Assembly: GCA_001784175.1 (NCBI GenBank)
Contig: MFPR01000013.1
Span: 1-64,000, forward strand
DNA: 64,000 nucleotides
Source of the DNA: Candidatus Lindowbacteria bacterium RIFCSPLOWO2_12_FULL_62_27
Lineage (GTDB): Bacteria > Lindowbacteria > 2-12-FULL-62-27
Direction: 5' to 3'
Part shown: positions 54,728-64,000 of the stretch, in pieces
How the letters are laid out: each line of letters starts with the position of its first letter
Position numbering within the stretch: position 1 is the first letter of the stretch
Notes under the pieces: model-generated
Told to the model about the DNA's origin: nothing
Seen by the model: only the letters and a program-made list of their open reading frames with translations
Database searches by the model: none
Program-made: the position numbers and the translations under genes

Positions 54728-56554
54728 TCATCGGGCCAGTTCGAGCAGTTCCGGAAACTCCTCGCACCGGCGCTGCCAGTAGGGCGAGTCCTTCAGGACC
54801 GCGTCGAACCGCCGCTGCATCTCCTTTCGTTTGGATTCGTTCCCAAGATGCCGGTGCCCGTAGGCCAGGGCCGCAATCATGGAGGCGTCGAACGGGTAGG
54901 CGCCGCTGATCGACTCGAACCACCGCACGAGCTTCGCCATGTGGGGTCCGGGCCGGAAGCTCGGGTTATCTATAAAATTTGCGACGAGATTGAACGTGAA
55001 CCAGATTTCCTTGATCTGCTCTTTCGACGGAACCTGGTCCTTCGGCAATTTGAAAATGTCCCGGCCCGTCAGGACCGGCGGCCGGTCCCGGTCGCCGTGA
55101 TAGCCTTTGTAGTAGCCGAATTCGCCGCGGACGGCCGACCGGCCGGGGTTCAGGGTCTTATCGTAATTCTCATAGTCGCACCGCTCGTCGCCGAGGGACT
55201 GGAACACGGCGTAGATTTCGGTGCCCTTGAGCGGCTGGCAGATGTAAAAGCTCGCCCAGTCCCACGCAAGGTCCCGCGCGAACGTGTAGGTGTCCATCAT
55301 TTCTCCGAAGGTTTCCTTCGGAAAGCCGACGATGAAATTTCCGCTGACGAAGACATCGGGATATTTTTTGAAAATCCGGTCCGCCTCGTATTGCTTGCGC
55401 TTCACGGTCGGTTTCTTGATCTTCTTCAGCCACTCGTCGTTCCCGCTCTCCACGCCGATCTTCAGCGCCTTCATGCCGGACTTCACCATCCACTCCATGT
55501 TCTCCTCGGTCACCGCCGCGCCGATCAGGCCGTTGTTGCAGATCCACTCGAACCCCGGCGCCTCCGCGGCGATCGCGCGGAACATCTCCAATGCGCGGGC
55601 GGGGTTGTACAGAAGATCGTCGTCGAGCCAGTCGATCTGCTTGATTCCGCATTTCTCGACCAGGAACTTGATCTCGTCCACCACGCGACGCACGTCCCGC
55701 TGCCGGACGGCGCGGCCGTTGAAGTCCCGCACGGTGCAGAACGTGCACTGCGCGCGGCAGCCGCGGTTGCTCAGGACCGTCGCGAAGGGCTTGTCCTCGC
55801 CGTTGTAGCGCGAGAAGGCCGCGAGCGACCCGTACTGGTGGTAAGTCGAGATCGGGATGAGGGAATAGTACGGCCGGAGGTCGATGTCGATCTCCTCCGC
55901 GGTCGGGATCATCGCGCCCGGGGACTCGGCGATCTCGCCGTTCAGCCGAAACCCGATCCCCTGCGGCATCTCCGTGATCGGCCGGCCGGATTCGGCGTTC
56001 CGGCAATTCTGCAAAAAGACCCGGAAGCTGTGCTCGGATTCCTTTCGAAAGACGATGTCGGCGCAGTCCTTCTCCAAAAGCTCGTCGTAGTCGTAGCTCG
56101 CCTGGACGCCGCCCACGAGCACGGGGATGGCCGGGTAGAGCTCATGGATCCACCGGTCGATCTCCATGAAAATGGACCGGGTGGCGCCGAACATGCAGGA
56201 AACCCCTACGTGGACGCGGGCTTCCTTCGACAGCTCCTCGCGGATGAGGTCCTTCCAGAAATCGAACCGGAAGTGGGGGTCGTGACACCGTTTCAGCATC
56301 TCGTAGTTGAGGTCGATGATCCGCAGATCGATCGAAGGGTCCACCGACCGCGCCACCGCCGCGATGTAGACGAGGCCCATCGGCGGGTAGGCGAAATACC
56401 CCCGCCGGCGGGCGATGTCGATGCTGAACATGTCCTCCGGCACCTGTGGCGGATTGATCAAGAGGAGCTTCCGCGGGTTCCGCACGCCGAGCGACGCGTG
56501 AAAGCGCGCATATTTTTCGAGCAGCTCATGGGGCGATGCGGATCGGGTGTCCAT
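54728..56554 (-). CDS. B12-binding-domain radical SAM protein
   Basis: LLINPP...YPPMGLVYIAA, VGGVQAS, NRGCRAQCTFC (CxxxCxxC), IGVESGN, FIVGFPKET. Start uncertain (56554-56599). Confidence 0.92.
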   Translation of the reverse strand: MDTRSASPHELLEKYARFHASLGVRNPRKLLLINPPQVPEDMFSIDIARRRGYFAYPPMGLVYIAAVARSVDPSIDLRIIDLNYEMLKRCHDPHFRFDFWKDLIREELSKEARVHVGVSCMFGATRSIFMEIDRWIHELYPAIPVLVGGVQASYDYDELLEKDCADIVFRKESEHSFRVFLQNCRNAESGRPITEMPQGIGFRLNGEIAESPGAMIPTAEEIDIDLRPYYSLIPISTYHQYGSLAAFSRYNGEDKPFATVLSNRGCRAQCTFCTVRDFNGRAVRQRDVRRVVDEIKFLVEKCGIKQIDWLDDDLLYNPARALEMFRAIAAEAPGFEWICNNGLIGAAVTEENMEWMVKSGMKALKIGVESGNDEWLKKIKKPTVKRKQYEADRIFKKYPDVFVSGNFIVGFPKETFGEMMDTYTFARDLAWDWASFYICQPLKGTEIYAVFQSLGDERCDYENYDKTLNPGRSAVRGEFGYYKGYHGDRDRPPVLTGRDIFKLPKDQVPSKEQIKEIWFTFNLVANFIDNPSFRPGPHMAKLVRWFESISGAYPFDASMIAALAYGHRHLGNESKRKEMQRRFDAVLKDSPYWQRRCEEFPELLELAR

Positions 56555-56661
56555 GGCCGCGACCGCGGATGCGGAGCTTATGTTTGGCATAAGGATCAAA
56601 GTTTATCACACTATCGACCGAATTCAATCGGAACTGAAAGCCGGCCGCCCTTCAACCGGTT

Positions 56662-58488
56662 TCATTCCGCCGACCCCATCTGCTTTTCAAGTTTTGCCGC
56701 CCGTTCCGGATCGCTCAATTTCAGGCGACCATGAATTTCGATGGCGGCGTCCCTCCTCCCGGCCTTCAAATGCACCAGGGCCAACTGGTACCAGGCCTCA
56801 TGCTGATAATGGTCTTCGCCGGGCAACGGTTTCAGCTTGACGGCTTTTGTCAAATGTCCGACAGCTTCGTCGCGCCGGCCCAGTTTGGCAAGAATCGTGC
56901 CCAAGACCAGGTGCGCTTTCAGGTCGTCCGGTCTGATTTGGATCAATTTTTCAAGCGTGGGGATTGCCAGATCATTCTGGCCGCGTTTGGCGTAGGCCAT
57001 GCTCAAGTTCCCGAGGGTGGCCACATCGTTCGGTTTTCTTCGAAGCATTTCGTTGAGTATCCCAATCTCATCCATCGGGTTCGAGGTGTCCGTGTCGAGC
57101 TTGGACAACCATTGACTCGCTTCACCCTGATCCGGTTGGAATTCAAGCACCCGCCTGAAACATGCGGTCGCATCGCGAAACCGCGCCTGCGTGATCCGGT
57201 TCTTGCATATTTGCATCATCAGCGGGACGGTCAGCGCGAATCCGCCCGGGTGGGCCAGCCGCACGGCGATATCCTCTCTTACGGCCGAAAAGGATTTCAG
57301 GCCGGCGGGCGAAGGATTCGCCCGGATCGCTTCGATCTCCCGCAGAATCCGGTCGGCGACGATCATGTGACCGTAGGGCGTCAGATGCACCAGATCCAAA
57401 AAACAGTCCGCCCGGCTGTTTTTGAACGATTCGGTGAGATCCAGAAACCGGACGCCCGCGGCCGCCGACGCTTCTTGCGCGGCGCGAACGTAGTGCGGGG
57501 TGAAGTCACGAATCCGCGTTGCCATGCCCGGCCGGCGAACCGTCTCCACGTCGAGCATGTCCTCTTCTCTTGGCTGACGCCAGTTCGAACCATAAAAGAG
57601 ATTCGGCTGCGCGGCGACGATCATCTCCACGCCATGCGCCCGCACGGCCCGGGCCATTTCTTCAACCCCGTGTTTGTAGTTCTCAATCATCTCCGGCCCG
57701 GGGTCTCTGAATTGAATTTGATCACCCTCGGCCGCCCCCGGAAGATCGTCGATTCTTTCCGGTCGCTCCGCGCGGCTTCGTGAATATCGAACATACCTGA
57801 ACATGCGATAGATGCCCGAATTGACGATCTGATCGCTTGCCAAAAAACGCCCGCCGGATCGTTCCGCCAGCCCCTTGCGCAGCCGGAATTGCTTTGACAT
57901 CTCATTCTCCCAGCCGTCCGCCGTCAGGCGGGTGCCCGAACTGATCGCGTTCGCCAGATCGTTGTAGCCATTATATAGAATCACCATATCAGGCTCAAAC
58001 GGCAGCACCCGATGGATCAGCATCTGCTGTTCCTGTCGCGTGTTGTATCCCGGCACCGCTGCGATGACGACCTCGACACGGCCCATGGCCTGCCTCAAGT
58101 AGGTCTCCAGGAGACCCGCGAACGCCTCGTCCTCAAAAACATACAAGCCGAAGGCGGCGGATCCGCCGAGCACAAATATCCTCACGAGCCCGGCCGGTTT
58201 CGGCGTCTCCAGTTCTGAACGGTACCGGAATCCCTGGGAATTGGCGGTCATGAGAACTTCCCGGCCGTTCGAGGCATGATTCGTCGTATGGGAAGGCCGC
58301 AGTCCATAATCCAGCGGCGGCTGATCGAGGGTCATCAATCCCTGATAGAAAATCGGATCCGGATCAACGCGCTTGAGATAAATCCGGCAGGAAACCTCGA
58401 CCGCATAAACCACGGCGCCCGCCGCCATCAACCCCATGGTGATGAGAAGACTGCGCCGCAGGGACGGACTCCTGTCTGCCAATCTCAT
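56662..58488 (-). CDS. Membrane-anchored SGNH/GDSL-like hydrolase with C-terminal TPRs
   Basis: N-terminal TM; NSQGFR, RIFVLGGSAAFG, YNGYND, DLVHLTPYGH; TPRs; AAGGAGG before ATG 58488. Confidence 0.85.
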   Translation of the reverse strand: MRLADRSPSLRRSLLITMGLMAAGAVVYAVEVSCRIYLKRVDPDPIFYQGLMTLDQPPLDYGLRPSHTTNHASNGREVLMTANSQGFRYRSELETPKPAGLVRIFVLGGSAAFGLYVFEDEAFAGLLETYLRQAMGRVEVVIAAVPGYNTRQEQQMLIHRVLPFEPDMVILYNGYNDLANAISSGTRLTADGWENEMSKQFRLRKGLAERSGGRFLASDQIVNSGIYRMFRYVRYSRSRAERPERIDDLPGAAEGDQIQFRDPGPEMIENYKHGVEEMARAVRAHGVEMIVAAQPNLFYGSNWRQPREEDMLDVETVRRPGMATRIRDFTPHYVRAAQEASAAAGVRFLDLTESFKNSRADCFLDLVHLTPYGHMIVADRILREIEAIRANPSPAGLKSFSAVREDIAVRLAHPGGFALTVPLMMQICKNRITQARFRDATACFRRVLEFQPDQGEASQWLSKLDTDTSNPMDEIGILNEMLRRKPNDVATLGNLSMAYAKRGQNDLAIPTLEKLIQIRPDDLKAHLVLGTILAKLGRRDEAVGHLTKAVKLKPLPGEDHYQHEAWYQLALVHLKAGRRDAAIEIHGRLKLSDPERAAKLEKQMGSAE

Positions 58489-58585
58489 CCAAGCCTCCTT
58501 CCGCCGCAACTCTATTGTAATTTGGGCTGAGTCTAACATAATATTTGGCCGATAATGGGAGTAATGGAGAAACAAGGAGGCGGCA

Positions 58586-60109
58586 TTGAGCGCGCAGAAA
58601 ATTCTGACGTTGGATGAACTTGAAGGGGCCGTCGCGGAGGCGCGGCGGGCCGGCAAACGGGTGGTGATGTGCCACGGCGTGTTTGACCTTGTGCATCCCG
58701 GCCACATCCTGCACTTTCAGGCGGCCCGCAAGGCGGGTGACCTGCTGGTCGTGACGGTCACGCCTGACCATTTCGTCAACAAGGGGCCCGGGCGGCCGGT
58801 GTTCGGGCAGCGGCTGCGGCTCGAGAGTCTCGCGGCGCTCGAGTGCGTCGATTATGTCGCCCTCAACGAATGGCCGACCGCCATCGACACGATTCACAAG
58901 ATCAAACCCAGCATCTATGTCAAGGGCAGCGAGTATGCGGACGCGACGAGGGATATCACCGGGAAGATCTCCGAGGAGGAGGCTGCCGTCAAGGCGGCCG
59001 GCGGGGAGATCAAGTTCACCTACGAGCAGACCTTCAGTTCCAGCTCCCTGCTCAACGAGTTTTTCAGGAAGCTTCCGCCGCGCGCGGAGACGTTCCTCAA
59101 GCAGTTCCGGGCGCGGTTCACGGCGAACGATGTCATCGAGGCCCTTCGGGGCCTCAAGACCGTTCGCGTGCTCGTGATCGGCGAGGCGATCGTCGACCAG
59201 TACTGCTACTGCGCGCCCCTGGGCAAGTCTCCGAAGGAGACGATCATCGCGACGAAGTATGCGTCCGAGGAAAATTTCGCCGGCGGGTCACTCGCGGTCG
59301 CCAACCACGTGGCCGGGTTTTGCGAGCAGGTTTCGCTGGTCACCTACCTCGGACATAACAGCCCCTTTGAGGATTTCATCCGCTCGAAATTGCGGCCCAA
59401 CGTCAAACTCCATCCGGTCTACGCGGACGACCGGCCGACCATCGTCAAGCGGCGGTATGTGGACCCTGCGTTCCTGACGAAGATGTTCGAGGTGCAGCGC
59501 TTGGAGGACACGCCGCTGCCGGCCTATCTGGAGGACGAAATGAGGGCGGTCGTGTCCCGCGAGCTTCAGCAGCACGACATGGTGATCGCCGCCGATTTCG
59601 GCCACGGGCTGTTTACCGACGCCGTCCGGCAGGTTCTATATGATTCCGGCAAATTTCTGGCCGTCAACACGCAGACCAACAGCGCCAATCTCGGGTTTAA
59701 TCCCGCCACGAAGTACCAGAAGGCGGACTACGTGTGTGTCCATGAAGGGGAACTGAAACTCGCCCTCCGGGTCCAGTACGGCGACGTCCAGACGCTTACC
59801 GGCAACCTGCGCGCCGCCGTCCATACGCCCACCATCGTGGTCACGCGGGGACCCAACGGGTCGCTCATGATCACCCACGACGGCGGAGTCCACGAGGCGG
59901 CGGCGTTGTCGGGCAACGTGGTCGACCGGGTCGGCGCGGGCGACACGTTTTTCGCGCTGACGGCGCCGTGCGTGTACAAACGCGTGGATCCGGAGATCGT
60001 CGGCTTTGTCGGCAACTGCGCGGGCGCGATGGCGGTGGGAACCGTCTGCAACCGCGAACCGGTCGATCCGATCGCGTTCCAGAAATTCATCTCCCACCTT
60101 CTGGCCTGA
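58586..60109 (+). CDS. Bifunctional nucleotidyltransferase + PfkB sugar kinase (HldE-like, reversed domain order)
   Basis: HGVFDLVHPGH, KGPGRPVF, KGSEY; then DFGHG, VTRGPNG, DRVGAGDTF; TTG start behind AAGGAGG. Confidence 0.9.
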   Translation: MSAQKILTLDELEGAVAEARRAGKRVVMCHGVFDLVHPGHILHFQAARKAGDLLVVTVTPDHFVNKGPGRPVFGQRLRLESLAALECVDYVALNEWPTAIDTIHKIKPSIYVKGSEYADATRDITGKISEEEAAVKAAGGEIKFTYEQTFSSSSLLNEFFRKLPPRAETFLKQFRARFTANDVIEALRGLKTVRVLVIGEAIVDQYCYCAPLGKSPKETIIATKYASEENFAGGSLAVANHVAGFCEQVSLVTYLGHNSPFEDFIRSKLRPNVKLHPVYADDRPTIVKRRYVDPAFLTKMFEVQRLEDTPLPAYLEDEMRAVVSRELQQHDMVIAADFGHGLFTDAVRQVLYDSGKFLAVNTQTNSANLGFNPATKYQKADYVCVHEGELKLALRVQYGDVQTLTGNLRAAVHTPTIVVTRGPNGSLMITHDGGVHEAAALSGNVVDRVGAGDTFFALTAPCVYKRVDPEIVGFVGNCAGAMAVGTVCNREPVDPIAFQKFISHLLA

Positions 60110-61065
60110 CCATCAAACTCGATCGACGGTTGATTTCGGCATGGCCGTTCAAGCCCTATGCCCACTATCGCGGGGAGGTGGGCGAGGGGGCGCTGTCCCG
60201 GTTGTTTGAAGCGCAGATCCGGCGGATGCGGCCGGACGACAAACGCCATACTTTCTACAGTGTCGGCAGAAAAGGCGCGCCGGGGGGCTTGGCGGCCCTC
60301 AGCCGCCTCGACTGGGACGCAAAATATCTGAAGGCCGGCGCCGCGCGCATCGATTGGCTGATCGCGAGCGGGACCTATGAATCGCAGTTTGCGGTCAAGG
60401 AGACGCTGCTCAAGCAGATACTCAAAGCCTGCGTCGCCGCCCGCGTCCGGCATCTCTCCTGCCGCGTCGCGTCATCGGATCTGTCCGGCATTCACGTGCT
60501 CGAGCAAAACGGATTTGTCATGGTCGACGGCATCCTGACGTTTTCGCTCGACACGCGCGGCTGGAAGCGGCCGAAACGGCAGGGCGGGTTCAGCGTCCGG
60601 CTCTGCCGGGAATCCGACATCAAACAGGTCCGCGAGATCGGCCGGCGTTCCTATATCTATGACCGGTTTCACTCAGATCCCAGGATTGCAAAAAAAGCCG
60701 CCGACCGCCTCCATGCGGCATGGGTTGAAAACGCGTGCCGGGGCAGTGCATCGGACGCCGTCGTGGTGGCGGAGGAAAAGGGCCGGATCCTCGGGTTTGT
60801 CACCTGCAAGATCGATCCCTATTCGACGGAACACCTTGGCCTAAAGATCGGGACGATCGTCCTGGTGGCGACAGCCGGCGGCGGCCGGCACCGTGGCGTG
60901 GCACGCGAGATGACCTACGGCGCAATCGCATGGTTCCGTGACCAGGGCTGCGACAAGGTCGAGGTCGGCACGCAGTTCCGGAACATCCCCGCCAGCCGCC
61001 TCTACGCGGCCTGCGGTTTCCCTCTCGTCGCCACCAGCCTCTCGCTCAGAAGATGGCTGGACTAA
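60106..61065 (+). CDS. GNAT acetyltransferase (WecD/RffC-like)
   Basis: LDWDAKYL, DRFHSDPRI...W, GRHRGVA, VGTQFRNIPASRLYAACGF. Start CTG 60106 or TTG 60130. Confidence 0.8.
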   Translation: MTIKLDRRLISAWPFKPYAHYRGEVGEGALSRLFEAQIRRMRPDDKRHTFYSVGRKGAPGGLAALSRLDWDAKYLKAGAARIDWLIASGTYESQFAVKETLLKQILKACVAARVRHLSCRVASSDLSGIHVLEQNGFVMVDGILTFSLDTRGWKRPKRQGGFSVRLCRESDIKQVREIGRRSYIYDRFHSDPRIAKKAADRLHAAWVENACRGSASDAVVVAEEKGRILGFVTCKIDPYSTEHLGLKIGTIVLVATAGGGRHRGVAREMTYGAIAWFRDQGCDKVEVGTQFRNIPASRLYAACGFPLVATSLSLRRWLD

Positions 61066-61066
61066 T

Positions 61067-62236
61067 TCAGGACTTCAGAATTTCCAACGCCACGTCCGCC
61101 ACGTAGTTCGCGTCGGCGGCGGTCATGGCCGGGAAGAGCGGGAGGGAGACGATGCCGTCGTAGACTTTTTCGCAGATTGGGAAATCCCCCCGGCGGAGGC
61201 CGAAGGTTTTTTGGTAGTAGGAATGCAGGTGCAGCGGGATGAAGTGGACGCTCGCGCCGATGTTCATTTCCTTCAATTGGTCGATGAAGGCCGATCGGTC
61301 GATCCCGAATTTCCGGAAATCGATCCAGAGCGGGTAGATGTGCCGGGCATAATCGGTCTGGCGGACCATCGGTGAAACCGGAGGGACCCTCACGCCTTCG
61401 AGCGACTGGAAGCGCCCGTCATACAGCAGCGCAAGCGTCCGGCGGATTTCGAGGAACCGGTCCAGCTTCAGGATCTGGTGCATGCCGATGGACGCCTCAA
61501 CGTCCGTCATGTTGCACTTGAATCCCGCCGCTGAAACGTCATACCGCCACGACCCTTCCGCGCTGTAACGCTTCCACGCGTCCTTGTCGATTCCGTGGAG
61601 CGAGAGAACCCGAATCCTGCCGGCGAGGTCGGCGTCGTCCGTCGAGACCGCGCCGCCTTCGACGGTCGTCATGTTTTTGGTCGGATAAAAGCTGAAGCAG
61701 GTGGCGTGGCTGAGCACGCCGATTTTTCGCCCGCGGTAGGACGACCCCAGCGCGTGCGCGGCATCCTCGATGACAAAGAGGTTGCGCCGCCTTGCGATCT
61801 CCAGGATCTCGTCCATTCTGGCCGGGTGGCCCGCGTAGTGGACGGGGACGATGGCCCGCGTCTTCGGCGTGATCTTCTCCTCGATTTTCCCCGGATCGAT
61901 CGTGTAGCTCTCCTCCTCGATGTCGACCAGCACGGGTCGCGCGCCCGTGTGGACGACCGTGTTGGCGGTCGCGGCGAACGTGAAGGGCGTGGTGATGACC
62001 TCGTCGCCCGGGCCGACGCCGAGCGCCGCGAGCGACAGATGCAACGCGTGCGTGCAGGATGCGAGCGCGACGGCGTGCTTCGCGCCGACGTATTCGGCGA
62101 TGCGCTGTTCAAACGTGTGGGCGCGCTTTCCCGTCGTGACCCAGCCGGAGTCGAGGCATTTCAGGACCTCCTCCTTCTCCTCATCGCCGATCATGGCGAC
62201 GGCCAGCGGCAGAAAATCGGCGCGCTTGGCGATCAT
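61067..62236 (-). CDS. DegT/DnrJ/EryC1/StrS sugar aminotransferase
   Basis: SGWVTTG, PVHYAG, IEDAAHALG, FSFYPTKNMTTVEGG, SLPLFP. Confidence 0.95.
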   Translation of the reverse strand: MIAKRADFLPLAVAMIGDEEKEEVLKCLDSGWVTTGKRAHTFEQRIAEYVGAKHAVALASCTHALHLSLAALGVGPGDEVITTPFTFAATANTVVHTGARPVLVDIEEESYTIDPGKIEEKITPKTRAIVPVHYAGHPARMDEILEIARRRNLFVIEDAAHALGSSYRGRKIGVLSHATCFSFYPTKNMTTVEGGAVSTDDADLAGRIRVLSLHGIDKDAWKRYSAEGSWRYDVSAAGFKCNMTDVEASIGMHQILKLDRFLEIRRTLALLYDGRFQSLEGVRVPPVSPMVRQTDYARHIYPLWIDFRKFGIDRSAFIDQLKEMNIGASVHFIPLHLHSYYQKTFGLRRGDFPICEKVYDGIVSLPLFPAMTAADANYVADVALEILKS

Positions 62237-63207
62237 CGATAGAGATATTTGACGTTATAATAAACGTCGTCGCGGAAATCTCGAATCTGCCCGCTCCGGA
62301 AGGCCTCCGCCATCTCCCGGATGCCGTCCGCGATGGACTTCTGCGGCTTGAATCCCGTCAGCGCGGCGATCTTGTCGAAGTTGACGCGGTAGTCCCGCGC
62401 GTCCTCCATCGACGGGTGCTGCTCCACGCGCAGATCCTTGAAGATGGGGAGGAAAAAATCCGGGAGCCGCGCGATTTTGAAATTCAAGCCGTTGGCGCCG
62501 ACGTTGAAAATCTCGCTCCGGACCTGCCCCTCCTCCGCGCCGAGGACGGCGAGGATCGCGCGGGCGGCGTCCTGAACGTGGACGAAGGGCCGCCACTGGT
62601 CGCCGCCGTAGATCTGGATCCGGCCTTCGTTCACCGCGCGCGCGGTCAGATGGTTGATCACCAGGTCGAATCGCATGCGCGGGGAATGCCCAAAAAGCGT
62701 CGCGAGGCGCAGGATCACAAACGGCATCGACTCGGCCTCCTTGAACAGCACCTGCTCGGACATGATGCGGGTGCGCGCATAGAGCGAGATCGGCTCGAGC
62801 TTGGAGCCTTCGTTCAGCTCGAGATTGGAATTTGCGCCGTAGACGCTGCAGGAGGAGGTGAAGACGAGCCGTTGGATCTTGTAATATTTGCTGATCTCCA
62901 CCAGGACCTTGGTCGACTCGTAGTTGGTGTTGAGCGTGTCGGTCTCGCTCAGATTGCACGCGGGATCGCCCACGATGGCGGCCAGCGCCACCACCGCGTC
63001 CCGGCCCTGGATCGCCTTCACCACGTCGCCGATGTTGCAGATGTCGCCGGTCACCAGAGAAAATCCCGCGCGGCCGCGCAGGTCCCGCACGCCGGCGTCG
63101 CCGTAGCACAGCTTGTCCAGCACCGTCACCTCGTCGCCGCGGTCGAGCAGCATCCGGACGAGGTGCGATCCGAGGTATCCGGCGCCGCCGGTGACGAGGA
63201 TTTTCAT
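62233..63207 (-). CDS. NAD-dependent epimerase/dehydratase (extended SDR)
   Basis: VTGGAGYLG, LAAIVGDPAC, SSCSVYG, YARTR, RMRFDLVIN, QWRPFVHV. Confidence 0.92.
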   Translation of the reverse strand: MKILVTGGAGYLGSHLVRMLLDRGDEVTVLDKLCYGDAGVRDLRGRAGFSLVTGDICNIGDVVKAIQGRDAVVALAAIVGDPACNLSETDTLNTNYESTKVLVEISKYYKIQRLVFTSSCSVYGANSNLELNEGSKLEPISLYARTRIMSEQVLFKEAESMPFVILRLATLFGHSPRMRFDLVINHLTARAVNEGRIQIYGGDQWRPFVHVQDAARAILAVLGAEEGQVRSEIFNVGANGLNFKIARLPDFFLPIFKDLRVEQHPSMEDARDYRVNFDKIAALTGFKPQKSIADGIREMAEAFRSGQIRDFRDDVYYNVKYLYR

Positions 63208-64000
63208 CGGCCGGGAAACTCGATGATCGCGCGGCCGGCCTTGCCCTGCTCGACGGCCTCGAGGGCGGCGTTGACGTCGTCCAGGCGAAACCGGTGCGTG
63301 ATGAGTTCATCGAGTTTGAGCTTGCCGGTCATATACAGGTCGACGTATCGCGGAAAATCCTGCGCGGGGTCGGTCGCGCCGCCCCAACTGCCGACGATTT
63401 GCTTGCCGCAGATCAGCATGAACGGATCGATCGAGATCGGCATGCCCTTGGCAAGATTCCCGATGAGAATCGCGAGGCCGCCGTCGGCACGGATCGACTG
63501 AAAGGCCTGCTCCATCGTCTCGCGAATGCCCGCGGCTTCGATCGCCACGTCCGCGCCCCGGCCGCCGGTCAGCTCCAGAACGGCCGGCACGACGTCCTGC
63601 GTTTTGGCGTTCACCACGTGCGTCGCACCAAAGGCGCGTGCAAGAGCCAGTTTGTGGTCATGGATGTCGACGGCGATGACCTTGCCGGCGTTGGTCAGGG
63701 CGGCGGCTTGGATCGCGCAAAGGCCGATGCCGCCGGCGCCGAACACCAGCACCGCGCTGCCGGGTTTGGGCCGGGCCGTATTGAAGACCGCGCCGGCGCC
63801 GGTCGCGACGGCGCAGCCGATGAGCGCGGCCTTGTCGAGCGGCATATCTTTTCGAATGGGCACGACGCGATTTTCCGCGACGACGGCCTCGTCCTGAAAG
63901 GTCGTGATCTGGCCCGCGTTGATCTTGCGGCCGCCCACGGCGTAGGCCGGCGGCGCCGCATTGATCCCGGGACCCTTGATCCACGTCAAAATCACATGGT
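63204..64000 (-). CDS. Zinc-dependent alcohol dehydrogenase (MDR family), 5'-partial
   Basis: ALIGCAVATGAGAV, VFGAGGIGL, AVDIHDHKL, GADVAIEAAG, LDELITHRF; frame continues past the window end. Confidence 0.9.
   Translation of the reverse strand, partial: HVILTWIKGPGINAAPPAYAVGGRKINAGQITTFQDEAVVAENRVVPIRKDMPLDKAALIGCAVATGAGAVFNTARPKPGSAVLVFGAGGIGLCAIQAAALTNAGKVIAVDIHDHKLALARAFGATHVVNAKTQDVVPAVLELTGGRGADVAIEAAGIRETMEQAFQSIRADGGLAILIGNLAKGMPISIDPFMLICGKQIVGSWGGATDPAQDFPRYVDLYMTGKLKLDELITHRFRLDDVNAALEAVEQGKAGRAIIEFPGR

Overview
High-GC bacterial chromosomal segment from a probable diderm; the lineage cannot be fixed from sequence alone. (1) 1-22370, + strand, one apparent operon. It opens with a giant (>4600 aa, 5'-truncated) surface protein made of ~41 FN3/Ig-like ~99-aa repeats, ending in SbsA-Ig, ZU5-like and FlgD-Ig/T9SS-type C-terminal domains. 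That gene is translationally coupled to a PorV/FadL-like beta-barrel fused to a long TPR array. A five-gene partner-switching cascade follows (HAMP-PP2C sensor phosphatase, STAS, RsbW-like kinase, tandem-domain PP2C-kinase fusion, STAS) with no sigma factor. This is the best candidate for an undescribed system. (2) 22364-29960, - strand: thrS-infC-rpmI-rplT-pheS-pheT-ccmC-ccmD-IMPase. (3) 30.0-31.6 kb: BoxC/REP-like hairpin, truncated NarL-type regulator, MerR-family gene with a 19-bp-spacer promoter, and tRNA-Val(GAC). (4) 31.7-42 kb, - strand: DUF62, a 972-aa double-cNMP-binding protein, moaC, a TGATATCA palindromic array, bioF-bioD-[GT-C-like gene]-bioA, a cNMP-binding protein and a Nudix hydrolase. 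(5) TIGR01777 SDR, nuoH-N and an O-antigen-ligase/TPR protein. (6) 53-64 kb: glycan modification cluster (epimerases, methyltransferase, B12 radical SAM, SGNH-TPR, reversed HldE-like, GNAT, DegT, Zn-ADH). No CRISPR array, rRNA, transposase or integrase is recognisable. All calls come from reading motifs by eye; no database search was run.
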